Part shown: positions 11,281 through 23,427 of the stretch, piece by piece
How the letters are laid out: the number at the start of each line of letters is the position of its first letter
Position numbering within the stretch: the first letter of the stretch is position 1
Assembly (NCBI RefSeq): GCF_004010195.1
Contig: NC_057754.1
Span: 11,497,209 to 11,536,827 of the forward strand
Length of the DNA stretch: 39,619 bases
Reading direction: 5' to 3'
Source of the DNA: Chiloscyllium plagiosum
Taxonomy: Eukaryota
Notes under the pieces: model-generated
Told to the model about the DNA's origin: nothing
The model's input: the letters and a program-made list of their open reading frames with translations, nothing else
The model's database searches: none
Translations under genes and position numbers: made by a program

Positions 11281-12047
11281 CATGAGTACCCTTGAGGATG
11301 GCCTCAACCAGATCCTTGGGTTCATGTCACACTACAGGTGATCCGCCCACACTATATACTTTCACACATATGCACATGCACACACAAGCACATACCTTTT
11401 CAGAGGTTGAGATTTCATCACACTCGCACGTACACTCTATCAAGCGCACACGCACACTCGCACACTCTCCCTCTCTCCTACATACATAAACAGAGATACT
11501 CTCTCCCACGCACTCTCTTTCTCTCTCTCTCTCTCTCTCACTCACACACACGTATACACGTGTCTATGGAGTGAATTTATATTTGCAGGTACATTGTATT
11601 TTGTTCAAAAAGCACACAATCTGTAGGCAGTCATTCAACATGACAATGGATAAATTCCTACTGGAAATAGAACCAGTTTGACTCAAGGTTGGGATACAGA
11701 CAAAATCTAACCTCACATCTTTAATGTATTGTCTGAGCTGAGATGTCACTATTTTTAATACTGATAAAACCTTAAGTTATCTCAGGACTGTGACTTGAAA
11801 GAAATTGTGATTTACATATTAACCAATCAAAACCTGCAACTCCACTCTAAGTGATTAAAGATTTAAGACCAATCTAGGTTTGTTCAATACATCATCTCAA
11901 TTGTTTGACACTTTGACCTTTTACTATAAATTCTGTGTCCTATAACGCTGCCCACAAGCTACCTGATGAGGGAGTAACGCTCCGAAAGCTTGTACTTTCA
12001 AATAAATCTGTTGGACTTGAACTTGGTGTTATGTGACTTTTAACTTT
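11281..12047 (+). mobile_element. Penelope-like 3' end with CA/CT microsatellite and hammerhead motif
   Basis: ORF-end remnant EDGLNQILGFMSHYR*, simple repeats at 11370-11560, hammerhead core at 11960-11994. Confidence 0.75.
11960..11994 (+). ncRNA. Minimal type I hammerhead ribozyme motif
   Basis: tac-CTGATGA-g-GGAGT-aac-GCTCC-GAAA-gc-TT-gta: intact core, stem II, 3-bp stem I and palindromic AGCT in place of stem III. Confidence 0.7.
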
Positions 12048-12061
12048 TAAAATATTGTATT

Positions 12062-13035
12062 TGTACCAGCCACTTCATCTGACAGCTCATTCCATACACT
12101 CTGTATGAAGTATTGCCACTTTGGTCCCTTTTATATCGTTCCTCTCTCACCTTAAGCCTATGCCATCCAGTTTTGGACTCTCCCCATCCTTTGGAAGAGA
12201 CATTGTCTATTTACACAATCCATGCCCCTCATGAAACCTCTATAACATCGTCCCTCAGCGTCCAACATTCCAGGGAAAACAGCCCCAGCCCATTCAGCCT
12301 TTCCCTGTAGTTCAAACCTTCCAACCCTGGCAACATGCTTTAAAATGTTTTTAAGTTTCACAACATCCTTCCTATAGCTGCAACATGACCTTCCAACTCC
12401 TATATTCAATGCTGTCGCCAATAAAGGAAAACATACCAAACACCTTCTTCACTATCCCATCTACATATGGCTTCACTTCCAAGCAACCATGAAACCTGCG
12501 TTCCAAGGTCTCTTTGTTCAGCAACATTCTCCAGGACCTTACCATTAAGTGTAAAGTCCTACCCTGATGTGCCTCAATGCAGCACCTCACATTTATCTAA
12601 ATTAAACACCATCAGCCATTCCTCGGCCTATTGGCCCATCTGATCAAGATCCTGTTGTACTCTGAGGTAACCTTCTTTGCTGCCCACTACACCTATTTTT
12701 TGTCATCTGCAAACTTACTAACTATACCTCCTGTGTTCACATCCAAGTTAATTATATAAATGATGAAAAGTAGTGAACCCAGCACCCGTCCTTACGACAC
12801 ACTGCTGATTACAGGCCTCCAGTCCGAAAAGCAACCATCCTCTGTTTTCTACCTTCGAGCCAGTTCTGTATCCAAATGGCTATTCTCCCTGTGATCTAAC
12901 CTTGCTAACCAGTTTCCCTTGGGGAACCTTCTTGAACGCCTTGCTGAAGTCCATATCGATCACCTTCACCGCTCTGCCCTCATAAATCCTCTTTGTTTCT
13001 TCTTCAAAAAGCTCAATCAAGTTAGTGAGACACGA
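12062..13035 (-). mobile_element. Degenerate CR1 LINE RT region
   Basis: Minus strand shows LIELFEEE, KFADD and RKDVVKL remnants. Confidence 0.85.
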
Positions 13036-13559
13036 TTATTTCTACACCATCCATTCTGTGCTTGTTGATGTTTGAAAATGTCTTGAATCATTTCATGCTG
13101 TAGGCTAAACAATGATATCAGTGCTACATTGACTCTATTTTAGAAATTTTACAGGTGGAAAATGGGACACATTATTTAGAATGCTTTGAAAAGAGTTTAT
13201 AGAGATATTTCTATAAATTTATGAGACAGAATAATAAAGGGGAATGTTGTTGTAGTTTTTGTATTTTATGTTCTCTTTTATCAGTGCATTTCAGTTAACA
13301 TGTTAGCTTATCAATGGGAGATTTTCAGAAATCAAATGGAAAAAGTAGAAGTAATTACTTATGTAGCTAAAATTAACACATTCAACATCCGGGCAATGGG
13401 GAACCTATTTGAGACCTTCCCAGGAAATGATTGACTTGGTTTATCAATGTTCAAAAAATTAGCAGGGACTTGTAAAACATCTGCACTGAAGTTAGTAGCG
13501 TCATTACAAAAGCACTTGCTTAAATTCCCATCATTTCCATGTCATACTCATTTGGTTCT

Positions 13560-14410
13560 TTTCATCGCTCACCACCACCACCACCATTCTTCCAACCTGG
13601 GTAACCCTTTTCATCACTCACCACCATCACCTCCTTCTCCTGCCAACCTGGGTAATTCTTTTAATCTCTCACCACCAACACCATCTCCTCCTGCCAACCT
13701 GGGTAACATTTCATCCCTCACCATCACCACCTCCTTCTCCTGCCAACCTGGGTAATTCTTTTAGTCTCTCACAACCTACACCACCTCCTTCTCCTGCCAA
13801 CCTGGGTAATTCTTTTAGTCCCTCACCACCTACACCACCTCCTTCTCCTGCCAACCTGGGTAATTATTTTCATCCCTCGCCATCACCACCATCTCGTTCT
13901 GCCAACCTGGGTAATCCTTTTTATTGCTTGCCATCACCACCACCTCCTGTCAACCTGGATAATTATTTTCATCCCTCACCATCACCACCACCACCTCCTG
14001 CCAACCTGGGTAACTTTTCATCCCTTCCCATCACCACCATCTCGTCCTGCCAACCTGGGTAATCCTTTTTATTGCTTGCCATCACCACCTCCTCCTCCTG
14101 CCAACCTGGGTAACTCTGTTAATCCCTCACCACCAACACCACTTCCTCCTGCCAACCTGGGTAACTCTTCATCGCTCACCACCACCTCCTTCTCCTGCCA
14201 ACCTGAGTAATTATTTTCATCCCTCACCATCCCTACCACCTCCTCCTGCCAACCTGGGTAATCCTTTTTATTGCTTACCACCACCACCTCCTCCTCCTGC
14301 CAACCTGGGTAATTCTTTTCATCCTTCATCACCACCACCACCTCCTCCTGCCAACCTAACTAACTTTTTCATCCCTCACCACCGCCACCTCCTGCCAACC
14401 TGGGTGACTC
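13560..14410. repeat. Minisatellite, about 17 units of ~45-57 bp
   Basis: Core CCTGCCAACCTGGGTAA repeated with variable (CAC)n(CTC)n spacers. Confidence 0.95.
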
Positions 14411-15367
14411 TTTTGGTCCCCTCTTACCTGCCACTGTTTGTTTTGTCCAACAAAACTGTGTTACATAACCTCTCATAAATGTAAAATCAAACTTCTAGCA
14501 ACTTGATAACATTGAGAAATATCATTTTGTAGTCGGAGTTCATCCATTAAGATTCATGAATAAAATAATCAGCATTGCCAATAACTACCAATGCCACTGA
14601 CAATTCTGAAGCACAGGAATACTTGGGAAGCATGTGAAAATGTTAAATTTCTGTCAAGCATAACACTATAGTAATTAGTTGTTGATTAATTATTCAAGTG
14701 CTGTTAACTTTTTTCTTTAACTGGCTCCAATTCAATGTCACTTATGTTCTGCAACTTGGTTCTGTCGTAATGTTTGCCTGCAACAGTAGCCTGCTACTGT
14801 AAAGACTAGCAACAAGAGACAGCCAAAAGCTACTGAAGCTCAGCAGGTGTTGGGGCAGAGAACAAACAAGTGCCAACGATAAAACTAATCGAATTTTTGA
14901 AGATCTGGTTAGATAAATTGCTTGGTTAGGATATTGCTGTCATTTACCGGGATGCACAAATTTCCTGCAATATAGCCTTCACCTTTAACATGCTATGAAA
15001 AGCAACTTTATAATCTTTGGTGAAAAGCAAGATAAGAACTGGTTGGTGTTTTATGTCTGAGTTAAAGTGGATGGTTTACAGGGTCGGGGTTTCATTCCAT
15101 CATCCGCTTGTATAGCTTCTCATCCTCCACATTGCCTAAATCACTCAAAGCCCTGTTGCTTGTGTCCACTATGTACAACTTCCCTTTTGTGATGATCATG
15201 TAGAATTTTCCTGTAACCACCTCCCTCAACCCAGAATTGCAGTTTAAAATTCAGCTCTAGTCATTGACCATCATAGTAAGATTGTAAAAATCCCAGCTGT
15301 CTTAATTGTTGAAGTGCTCAATGATGTACAACAGCCAATATGCTGCTGCAATTGAATTCTCCCAACA

Positions 15368-15990
15368 CATTTTGTAAATGACATTAGTTTTGCTTGTTGT
15401 CTGTACAGGATCTTTCAAGTTCATTCGCTGCTGTTTTTGGTAGCCCACAAACCAAAACGGCACACCAACACATGAAAACAGCAGCTAATGAACTTGAAAG
15501 ACCCTATACGGACAGCAAGCAAAACGAATGTCATTTACAAAATACCTTGCAAGAACTGTAACAAACACTAGATTGGACAAACAGGCAGAAAACTAGCCAC
15601 CAGGATACATGATCATCAACTAGCCATAAAAAGACATGACCCTCTCTCACTAGTATCCTTACATACAAATGAGGAAGGACTGCACTTCGACTGGAACAAC
15701 ATATCCATCCTAAGACAAGCCAAACAGAGACATGCATGAGAATTCCTAGAAGCATTGCATTCCAACCTGAAGTCTATCAATAAGTTCATTGACTTGGATC
15801 CCATTTACCACCTTCTGAGAAAAAGAGCAGGAAATGATGTGACCAAGCCAAGGAAACCTAAACAAATAAATAGAAAGTGTGCCATGCCACCTGTGCTTCC
15901 TCTGGAAGCTCACTGGTAATGTTACCTAGTATGGTGATGAAACATCTGAAAATGAATATTCCAGCTCAGCAAGCAAACCTACATGCAGAA
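15368..15990 (+). mobile_element. Penelope-like GIY-YIG fragment with inverted 5' segment
   Basis: NVIYKIPCKNCNKH*IGQTGRKLATRIHDH; ~15368-15437 is an inverted copy of ~15475-15544. Confidence 0.9.
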
Positions 15991-15999
15991 TACAATTAT

Positions 16000-16460
16000 G
16001 AAAGACAAAGACTTGATATTATGTACTCTTTCATGTGGATGAGGCCTCAGTTAATCCTCTGCCCTGTGAGGACACAAATGCAATCAGAGCAGGGAGAAAG
16101 CATGGAAATGAGAATATGGTGGCAAGGGATTCCATTACCCACCTGCTCTTGAAAATCATTGGCGCAGTCACACTGGGGAGAGACCATTCACCTGCCCTGA
16201 GTTTGGGAAGAGGCTCACTCAGTCATCCACCCTCCTCAAACACCCAGTGACTACTCACTAGGGAGAGATCATTCACCTGCCCCAAATGGGAGAAGGGATT
16301 AACTCAGTCATCTCATCTGTTGATACACCAGCATGCTCACACTGGGGAAAAGCTGTTCATATGCACCATGTGTGGGAAGAAATTTGTCCATTTGTGTAAC
16401 CTCTGAGTTCACCAGTAAACACAATGATTGGATTTTGCTGTTCATCACATCTAGGCCTGG
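16000..16460 (+). pseudogene. C2H2 zinc-finger pseudo-exon
   Basis: HTGERPFTC linkers (cacactggggagagaccattcacctgc) with stops, frameshifts and lost cysteines. Confidence 0.85.
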
Positions 16461-17258
16461 ATATTGTCTCAGATGGAGTTGCAAAGGAAGCTGTGTGTGA
16501 GTTACATTGAAACTCATTGATCAGCTTTGACAGAAATATGACACAAGCTGTGTCTGTCTGAGTTGTATTTTATACAGGTTCAGGGATTGGTGAGGTCTCA
16601 TTCAACTATGAATGTGTTGAGCATAGCATGAGGCCACTCAGCCGCTCATGCCTGCTCCTCCATTCTAGTTCATGGCTGATCATCTCTCTTAGTGCCACAT
16701 TCCCAAGCTATCGTCATGTACCTTGATGTCATTACTAACTGGAAACCTAGCAATCTCTCTCTTCGACTTACTGAATGACTGAGCTTTCACAGGCCTCTGG
16801 GGAAGAGAATTTCAAAAGCTCATCACCCTCTGAGTGTCCGCTCCATCCCAATCCTAAATGGCTTGCCTTTTATTCAGAGACTCTGTCCCCGGTTGTGGAT
16901 TCCACAGCCAGGGAACATCCTTTCTGCATATATTCCCACTTATCTCTTTCAGAAATATGTAAATTTCTATGAGAACACCTTACGTTTTTAAACTCCAGAG
17001 ATTAAAGACCCAATCCTACTTTATGAGATAATCCCACCAAACCAGGAATCAGTCTGATGAAGCTTCACTGCACTGCAAATACATCCTTCCCAAGATAAGG
17101 ATGCTAGGATTGCACACAACCCCTCTGAGGTGGTCTCACCAATGTCTGTACAATTGTGGAGGAGCCAGTGTTGGGCAGGGGGTGGACAAAGTTCCATTCC
17201 CTGCTGGCTGAAATTTTTTTTTGGCACATCTACTCCAACCTTTCTGCCTCTTACCACA

Positions 17259-17535
17259 GTGATTAGCAGTGCTGCCTCAGAGTACCAGCATCCCAGGTTC
17301 GATTCCAGCCTCGGGTGGTCTGTGTGGAGCTTGCACATTTTCTCCGTGTCTGCGTGGGTTTCCTCCCACAGTCCAAAGATGTGCAGGCTAGGTGAATTGG
17401 CCTTGCTAAATTGCCCATAGTGTTAGGTGCATTAGTTAGAGGGAAATGGGTCTGGGTGGGTTACTCTTCGGAGGGTCGGTGTGGACTGGTTGGGCCGAAG
17501 GGCCTGTTTCTACACTGTAGGTGATATAATCTAAG
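17259..17535 (+). mobile_element. V-SINE, 5'-truncated
   Basis: V-core and tail; absent from the paralogous block near 33670. Confidence 0.85.
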
Positions 17536-19197
17536 CTAAAAACCCTTTGCCAACCACCTCCCCATCATGTGATCTGTCCCTCCGTCAAGGGGAAACGTTT
17601 CTTTCAGTCTACCATACCCGTATTGTTTTGTACATCTCAATCATGTCTTCTCTCAATCTCCTCTGCTCTAAGAAAAACCTCAGTCTGTCTAATCTCTTCA
17701 TAATTGAACCTTTTCAGTCCAGACAATACCCTGGTAAAACTATTCTGCACCGCTCCCAGTGCTACCACATCCCCGCTATAATGTGAATTGCAGAACTGCA
17801 CACAATAATCTAAATAGAGCCTACTGAACAAGTGAAACAAATGACGCAGAAAGCTACAGAAACTGTCTTTTCCAATAAAGTATCTTTTTCTCAATATTAC
17901 CCTGTGTCCTGATGCTCCAATAATCTCTGGTTCATGCCAGTAAAAGCTGCTACATGAGGCTTTGCCACACAACCGCGGGAACTAAATAGATCGAAGGGCT
18001 TGCAGGTCCCGATGGCGGGATTGGGGCACGTTCACCCAGCGGCAGTGACCGCAGCAGCACAGACTGAACAGTGTCAATGTGAAAGTGAGTGTTGATTATG
18101 CAGTGCCTCAGGGAAATGGGAGGAGGGATGTAAAGGAGGGTTAGTGATTGTGGGAGGGAGAGAAATCTCCGAGAATGGGTGGGTTTGAATTCTGATATGT
18201 GAGACTCGGAGCTGCGAGAGAGCTGGGGTTTGAATAAATGCTTTCATGTTGAAAAAGTTTGATTTCGCCTTGGAAAGAGAGAGCTGCGAATAAAAACTTT
18301 CAGACGAATTTGAATGTCATTTCATACGATTCAGGAAATGTTACCATCAACAGACAAACGACATTGAAGAAGGTAATGAGAACAGAAATTGTTGGAGAAA
18401 CTCAGCAGGTCTGACAGCATCTGTGGAGAAAAAAGTAGAGTTAACGTTTCGGGCGCCGTGACTCTTCATCACAGCCCTTCAGAATGAGGAATGAAACTTA
18501 TGGATCAACCTTTAGTAAAACTTCAGGTAAATAATGAACCTGTCTATCTGAATGAGTTGCTGGTCAATTCGGCCCTTTGTTTGGAACAAAAAAACCCTGC
18601 TGATGTTGGAATCCAAGCTAGACAGGCAGGAGCACAGCAAACCAGGAGGTGAAGAAGTTAACGTCGTGGGTGTAATCCTTCTTCAGAACTAGGGGTGGGT
18701 GTAAGGGGAACTGCAGGTGGGGGCGGGGGCAGCGTGGTGAAGTGGGGATAGGCGAAGACAGGCAGAGGGTATGACCTCGTTGGTCAATCGGAGGAATGAA
18801 TCCGATTGGTGGCTGGAGGGAGTGTCCTTTGTTTATCTGACATTGTGTTTCTTGCTGGAGCGTTGTTGCTCTTGTGTCTCTGTGTGTATTCATTTAAGAT
18901 ACGTCTGGACTGATGCACGAGTAGGTGGGGAGTAGAGGTATACACACGCTCAGGAATTGGACGACAAGTTTAGACAGTGGATTTGGATCGGCTCAGGCTT
19001 GGAGGGCCAAAGGGCCTGTTCCTAGGCTGTAAATTTTCTTTGTTCTGTGTGTGTGTGTGTGTCACATTCTGTATGATGTGCCACATTGGAATTGTGCAGC
19101 CAGGAATCCTGCCAACATATATACTCCTGCTTCCCCAACATATATACTCCTGCACAAAAGCAATGGAAAAATGAATGTTTGTCTTATTTCCAATTTC

Positions 19198-19412
19198 TGA
19201 GGAGAAAGTGAGGTCTGCAGATGCTGGAGATCAGAGCTGAAAATGTGTTGCTGGAAAAGCGCAGCAGGTCAGGCAGCATCCAGGGAACAGGAGAATCGAC
19301 GTTTCGGGCATAAGCCCATTCCTGAAGAAGGGCTTATGCCCGAAACGTCGATTCTCCTGTTCCCTGGATGCTGCCTGACCTGCTGCGCTTTTCCAGCAAC
19401 ACATTTTCAGCG
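19198..19412. mobile_element. Palindromic Penelope-derived element with hammerhead motif
   Basis: Perfect 82-bp arms 19236-19317 and 19330-19411. TSD CTTATTTCCAATTTC at 19183-19197 and 19413-19427. Empty paralogous site near 24130-24150. Confidence 0.92.
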
Positions 19413-19769
19413 CTTATTTCCAATTTCACTAATAGCATGCAATGATGTCCTGGGCAGGTAGCAGACTGCTTGTCTTCATAATATGTTGCTGCCATAGGAC
19501 ACTTTTGAATATCTACACTTTCTAATCCCTTACTATTTAAGGAATATTCTGCACTTTTGACCTTTCCAACCAATGCTGATAATCTCTCACATCCTCATTA
19601 TATTCCATCAGCTGTACTCTTGCCCACTTTCTAATCCATTCTAAACATCTTGACGTGTCTTCAAAAATACCTCACAGTGCACATTCCCCAAGTTTTGTGT
19701 CTTCTTCAAATTTGGAAACATACTCCCCCTCTGCTCAGCTTCCATATAGAAATAATTGATATTGACTGT

Positions 19770-20065
19770 GATATATTGAAAAAAACCTGGATCGTTATTA
19801 AGTCTTTCATCTTTTAGGTGGGTTGCAGATTTTTAAAAGAGGAAAGGTTTACAGCAGTTTAGGTTTGTTCAATATATTGTTTCAAATGCATGACACTGAG
19901 ATCTTTTGCTATAAATTCTGCCTCTTATGATTGTGCCTCCCTTGCAACCTGCTGAAGAAGCAGTGCTCTGAAAGCTACTGCTTCCGAATAAACCTGTTGA
20001 ACTATAAACTGGTGTTTTGTGATTATTAACTTTGTCCACCCCAGTCCAACACCGGTTCCACCATA
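19770..20065 (+). mobile_element. Penelope-like terminal repeat (same family as 11281-12047)
   Basis: Shares gctataaattctg...ctgaaagct...aataaacctgttg...ccagtccaacaccgg. Confidence 0.75.
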
Positions 20066-20535
20066 TGTGTGAAGAGAGTCACAAGTGCTTGGATTCTTTG
20101 CCATTTCTGTATCCCTGATTATAAATTCTCTTGCCTTTGTCTAGAGTGGACCCACATCTGTCTTTGCTAAACTTTTTATTTTTGTGTAATTACCTGAGTT
20201 TTTACAATTTTAGTTTTGTTTAACACTTACATTATTTTGTCAATTTATCAATTTTGTTTATCCTCCATTTGTGATGGTCCTGTGCCTTTAAGACAGATTT
20301 GTTCTGTGTTGTTTCTCTTCCAGACAAGTGTTGCTGTAGTGGTACCAGAATGTCTGCTTCAGGAGCAGTGGGTGAACACTTTGAGCTCTCTGATTGCTCA
20401 CGATTTCCTAAAGGTTCTTTCACAGCAAGATTATTCATTTCTCATTGTATTCTTGCAGATCTAAAGTAGCCTGTACCCTAGGTGACTTCTCAACATCTGT
20501 CTTCAGAAAACTATCTCAAACACATTTATGAAGTC

Positions 20536-20642
20536 TTGACGTTTCGGGCATAAGCCCTTCTTCTGCTGCCTGACCTGCTGCGCTTTTCCAGCAACACATT
20601 TTCAGCTCTGATCTCCAGCATCTGCAGACTTCACTTTCTCCT
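20536..20642. mobile_element. Short Penelope-derived fold-back insertion
   Basis: TSD CACATT(T/C)ATGAAGTC at 20521-20535 and 20643-20657. Confidence 0.8.
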
Positions 20643-20877
20643 CACATTCATGAAGTCCTCTTCCACAGCATGGGGTTACCCCTCATTGGGGACTTGCACT
20701 GAAGAATGAGCCCAACTGTTCCAGAGTCACCATAAATGTCAAAGATTTTGAGAAATATGCAAAGTTTTCCAATTCTTCTCTCTTTTACACTCAGATTAAC
20801 AGAAAGCATGGAGCAAATGCCTGTAGTTAACAAGAATGGCTATTTATTAAAAATTACTAGACTTTATTCCAGATAAA

Positions 20878-21136
20878 GTGAGGGCTGCAGATGCTGGAGA
20901 TCAGAGCTGAAAATGTGCTGCTGGAAAAGCGCAACAGGTCAGGCAGCATCCAAGGAGCAGGAGAATCGACTTTTCAGGCATAAGCCCTTCCTCAGGAAAC
21001 ATTGTCCTGAGGAAGGGCTTATGCCCGAAACATCGATTCTCCTGTTCCTGAGGAAGGGCTTATGCCCGAAACGTCGATTCTCCTGTTCCTTGGATGCTGC
21101 CTGACCTGTTGCGCTTTTCCAGCAACACATTTTCAG
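20878..21136. mobile_element. Fold-back Penelope-derived insertion with three hammerhead-like cores
   Basis: One minus-strand core near 20965-20997 and two plus-strand cores at 21007 and 21048. Flanking TTCCAGATAAA at 20867 and 21142. Confidence 0.85.
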
Positions 21137-21714
21137 TTTAGTTCCAGATAAACAATTATGAAACATTAGGATATAACTACTCATTGAAACTTAAAGCCCC
21201 AATGCAAATTCCCCATCTATGCACCAATACAAAAACAAAATCATGTATGGGGGGAGAAACTAGGAAGGTAGTCCAATAGTCCCTGTTCACAGGGTTGGCT
21301 GAGGTGATTCTTTTGCTGATCAGAATACAGCTTCTCGATCGTACTTCCTCTGGTACTTGTTCGCAGGAGGCACAGAGTGACTGGTTAACACTTAGAACCT
21401 TCTTTGGCTTATTAAATTAAAAGGCACAGCTGATAGCACCTGGAAGTGGGAAATAAACTACTCTCTTCAAGCTGTATTTCTTTCTCCTTGCTGAGCAAAA
21501 GCAGCTCCTTCTCCAGAGATCCAATGGTTTCTTCCAAAACATTAACATCCCAAGATGTACACCTACCCAGGAGCCAGTCACATAGATGTGGGCAAACAGA
21601 AGCCTTTGTCATTGAGAAGTGGCCATGAGCTTTTGTAAGGAGCAGAATTTAACACAGAATGAAAATGCAGATTTTCTTTGGGAATTCTCTTCAGACACTG
21701 AAAGCACAGGCAAA

Positions 21715-21990
21715 GAACGAGCAGCATTTTGACAGACTATCTGGAGATTCGATGACAGAGCAATTCTATTCTCACACAGATTTTCCTCATCGTGAATGAG
21801 CTGGTGTTTCTGAAAGCGGAATAGTTCAATGAATCCCTTCCCACACACACAGAACCTCTTTCCAGTGTGACTGCGCTGAGAAGGTCCTTGCTGGGATGGG
21901 AAACTAATTCCTTTTGCGCAACCCTCACATTTGCCCTTTTTCTTCCTACCGTGGATATCCTTGCATTTATCTAGTTTGGATGATTACTTG
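21715..21990 (-). pseudogene. C2H2 zinc-finger remnant
   Basis: Minus strand RSHTGKRFCVCGKGFIELFRFQKHQLIH. Confidence 0.65.
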
Positions 21991-23089
21991 ATGCCTTAGA
22001 TAAGATATATAGAACAACATCTACTCTTTTAGCCGAGCGAATCAACGTTATTATATTCCTGATCACACATAACCTACCCCCTAACAGAGAAGGGGGAGGT
22101 CATGAAGGCGTGGCAGTTGATGGCACTTTTGTAGGTGAACAGTTCAGTTGTGTTTCCAAACTTGCCAGGAACCTTTCTGCTTATTCCACATTCAATGGCC
22201 ATTTCCAGGTCATGTCAGGAGGGTACCATTTCCAACACAACAATGACAGAAAGATACAGGACAACATGAAATTGACACAAGTGTAAGTCACGGAGTAATG
22301 TTCAACCCAGTTCAATCTATTCATTTCTCTCCCTGTGTAGTCTAGCATCTGCCAATTTTGGGCAGGGGTAATGTTGGCGATGGTTGCACCAAGTTATCTC
22401 TCAATGGCATGGCACACAGTATACAGATTTCAATCAGGGACAGCAGTTTGGATTTCTTTGCTCAGATTGACTCAGTGCACGATATCTCCCTGCAGTATAC
22501 ATGACTGTCTTGGTTCTTCTAAGTGAAACAGTGTTCCAGTTTATGTTGTACGTTAGGTGCCTTTAGTATGTGCTTCAATGACAGATGCCACCTCTACTGA
22601 GCATGATTAAAAATCGCCTTTATTGTGAGGTCGACCTTTACCGAGTATTGATAAATGTCTCAGAAATTATAACCCAGCAACTTCCAAACTTCATCAAGAT
22701 CAGTGTGGATTGCTGAAACATTTATTGGTGTGCTTGGAAAATCTTTCACTATCCTGCTTCATTTTCATTTCCAATTTCAGTCCATAATGAAGGGGTCACT
22801 GTGCAAGTCAGTAAGATTTCTCAAAAAGAAATTCTCAACAAGCACTTTCCCATTGGCAATGTGTGGACCATGTCAGAGATTGAATTGTATATTTTGCACC
22901 AAAAATCAACTGAAGCCAAAGTTCAGAACAGTGGTGTAATCGAGTTCAGGGCAATGACCATAATTGGGGAAAGATTGGTGTTTTTCATAGCACACATTGA
23001 AATACTGAAGAACAGTGACACACCCAGATCAGTAAACTCCAACCAGTTACAGGAGATGTTAGCAAACCACACTACACATTGTCAGCCTA

Positions 23090-23410
23090 TCAATCCTGGC
23101 TGTGATTCACAGCAGCAGTAACAGCAGAATTCAAATCCCGCATTAACATGTAAACTTGCTGCAGGTGGGATGACCGAGTGTATCCCTTCCTACACACAGA
23201 GCAGGGGAACACCTTCTCTCCAGTGTGAGAGCGTTCCTGTTAATGCACGCTGCCAGACTGAGTCAATCCCTTCCCACAGTCGGGTCAGGTGAATATTCTC
23301 TTCGCAGTGTGGACTTACTCGGGTACAAGAGGTTTGCAGGAACATGGAAATCTTCCTACAGTGAGTGCCCTGGTATGAACTCAGTAGTGTAACAGCAGAA
23401 TGAATCACTT
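23090..23410 (-). pseudogene. C2H2 zinc-finger remnant
   Basis: Minus strand gactgtgggaagggattgactcag and cacactggagagaaggtgttcccctgctctgtgtgt (HTGEKVFPCSVC). Confidence 0.7.
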
Positions 23411-23427
23411 GTCATACCCTGAACAAA

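Noticed and set aside
11327..11574. ORFs over CA/CT repeats
   Set aside because: Microsatellite translation within a Penelope-like tail.
13447..14341. His/Pro-rich and Val/Glu-rich ORFs
   Set aside because: They are read-throughs of the minisatellite.
13560..14410. CRISPR-like array (constant core with variable spacers)
   Set aside because: Spacers are homologous low-complexity variants, the context is eukaryotic and there are no cas genes.
16000..16460. Functional zinc-finger gene
   Set aside because: Stops, frameshifts and missing Cys/His ligands, also seen in the 32255 copy.
19236..19411. miRNA precursor or DNA-transposon MITE
   Set aside because: The arms are Penelope-type terminal sequence, inversion points differ between copies, and the TSD is 15 bp.
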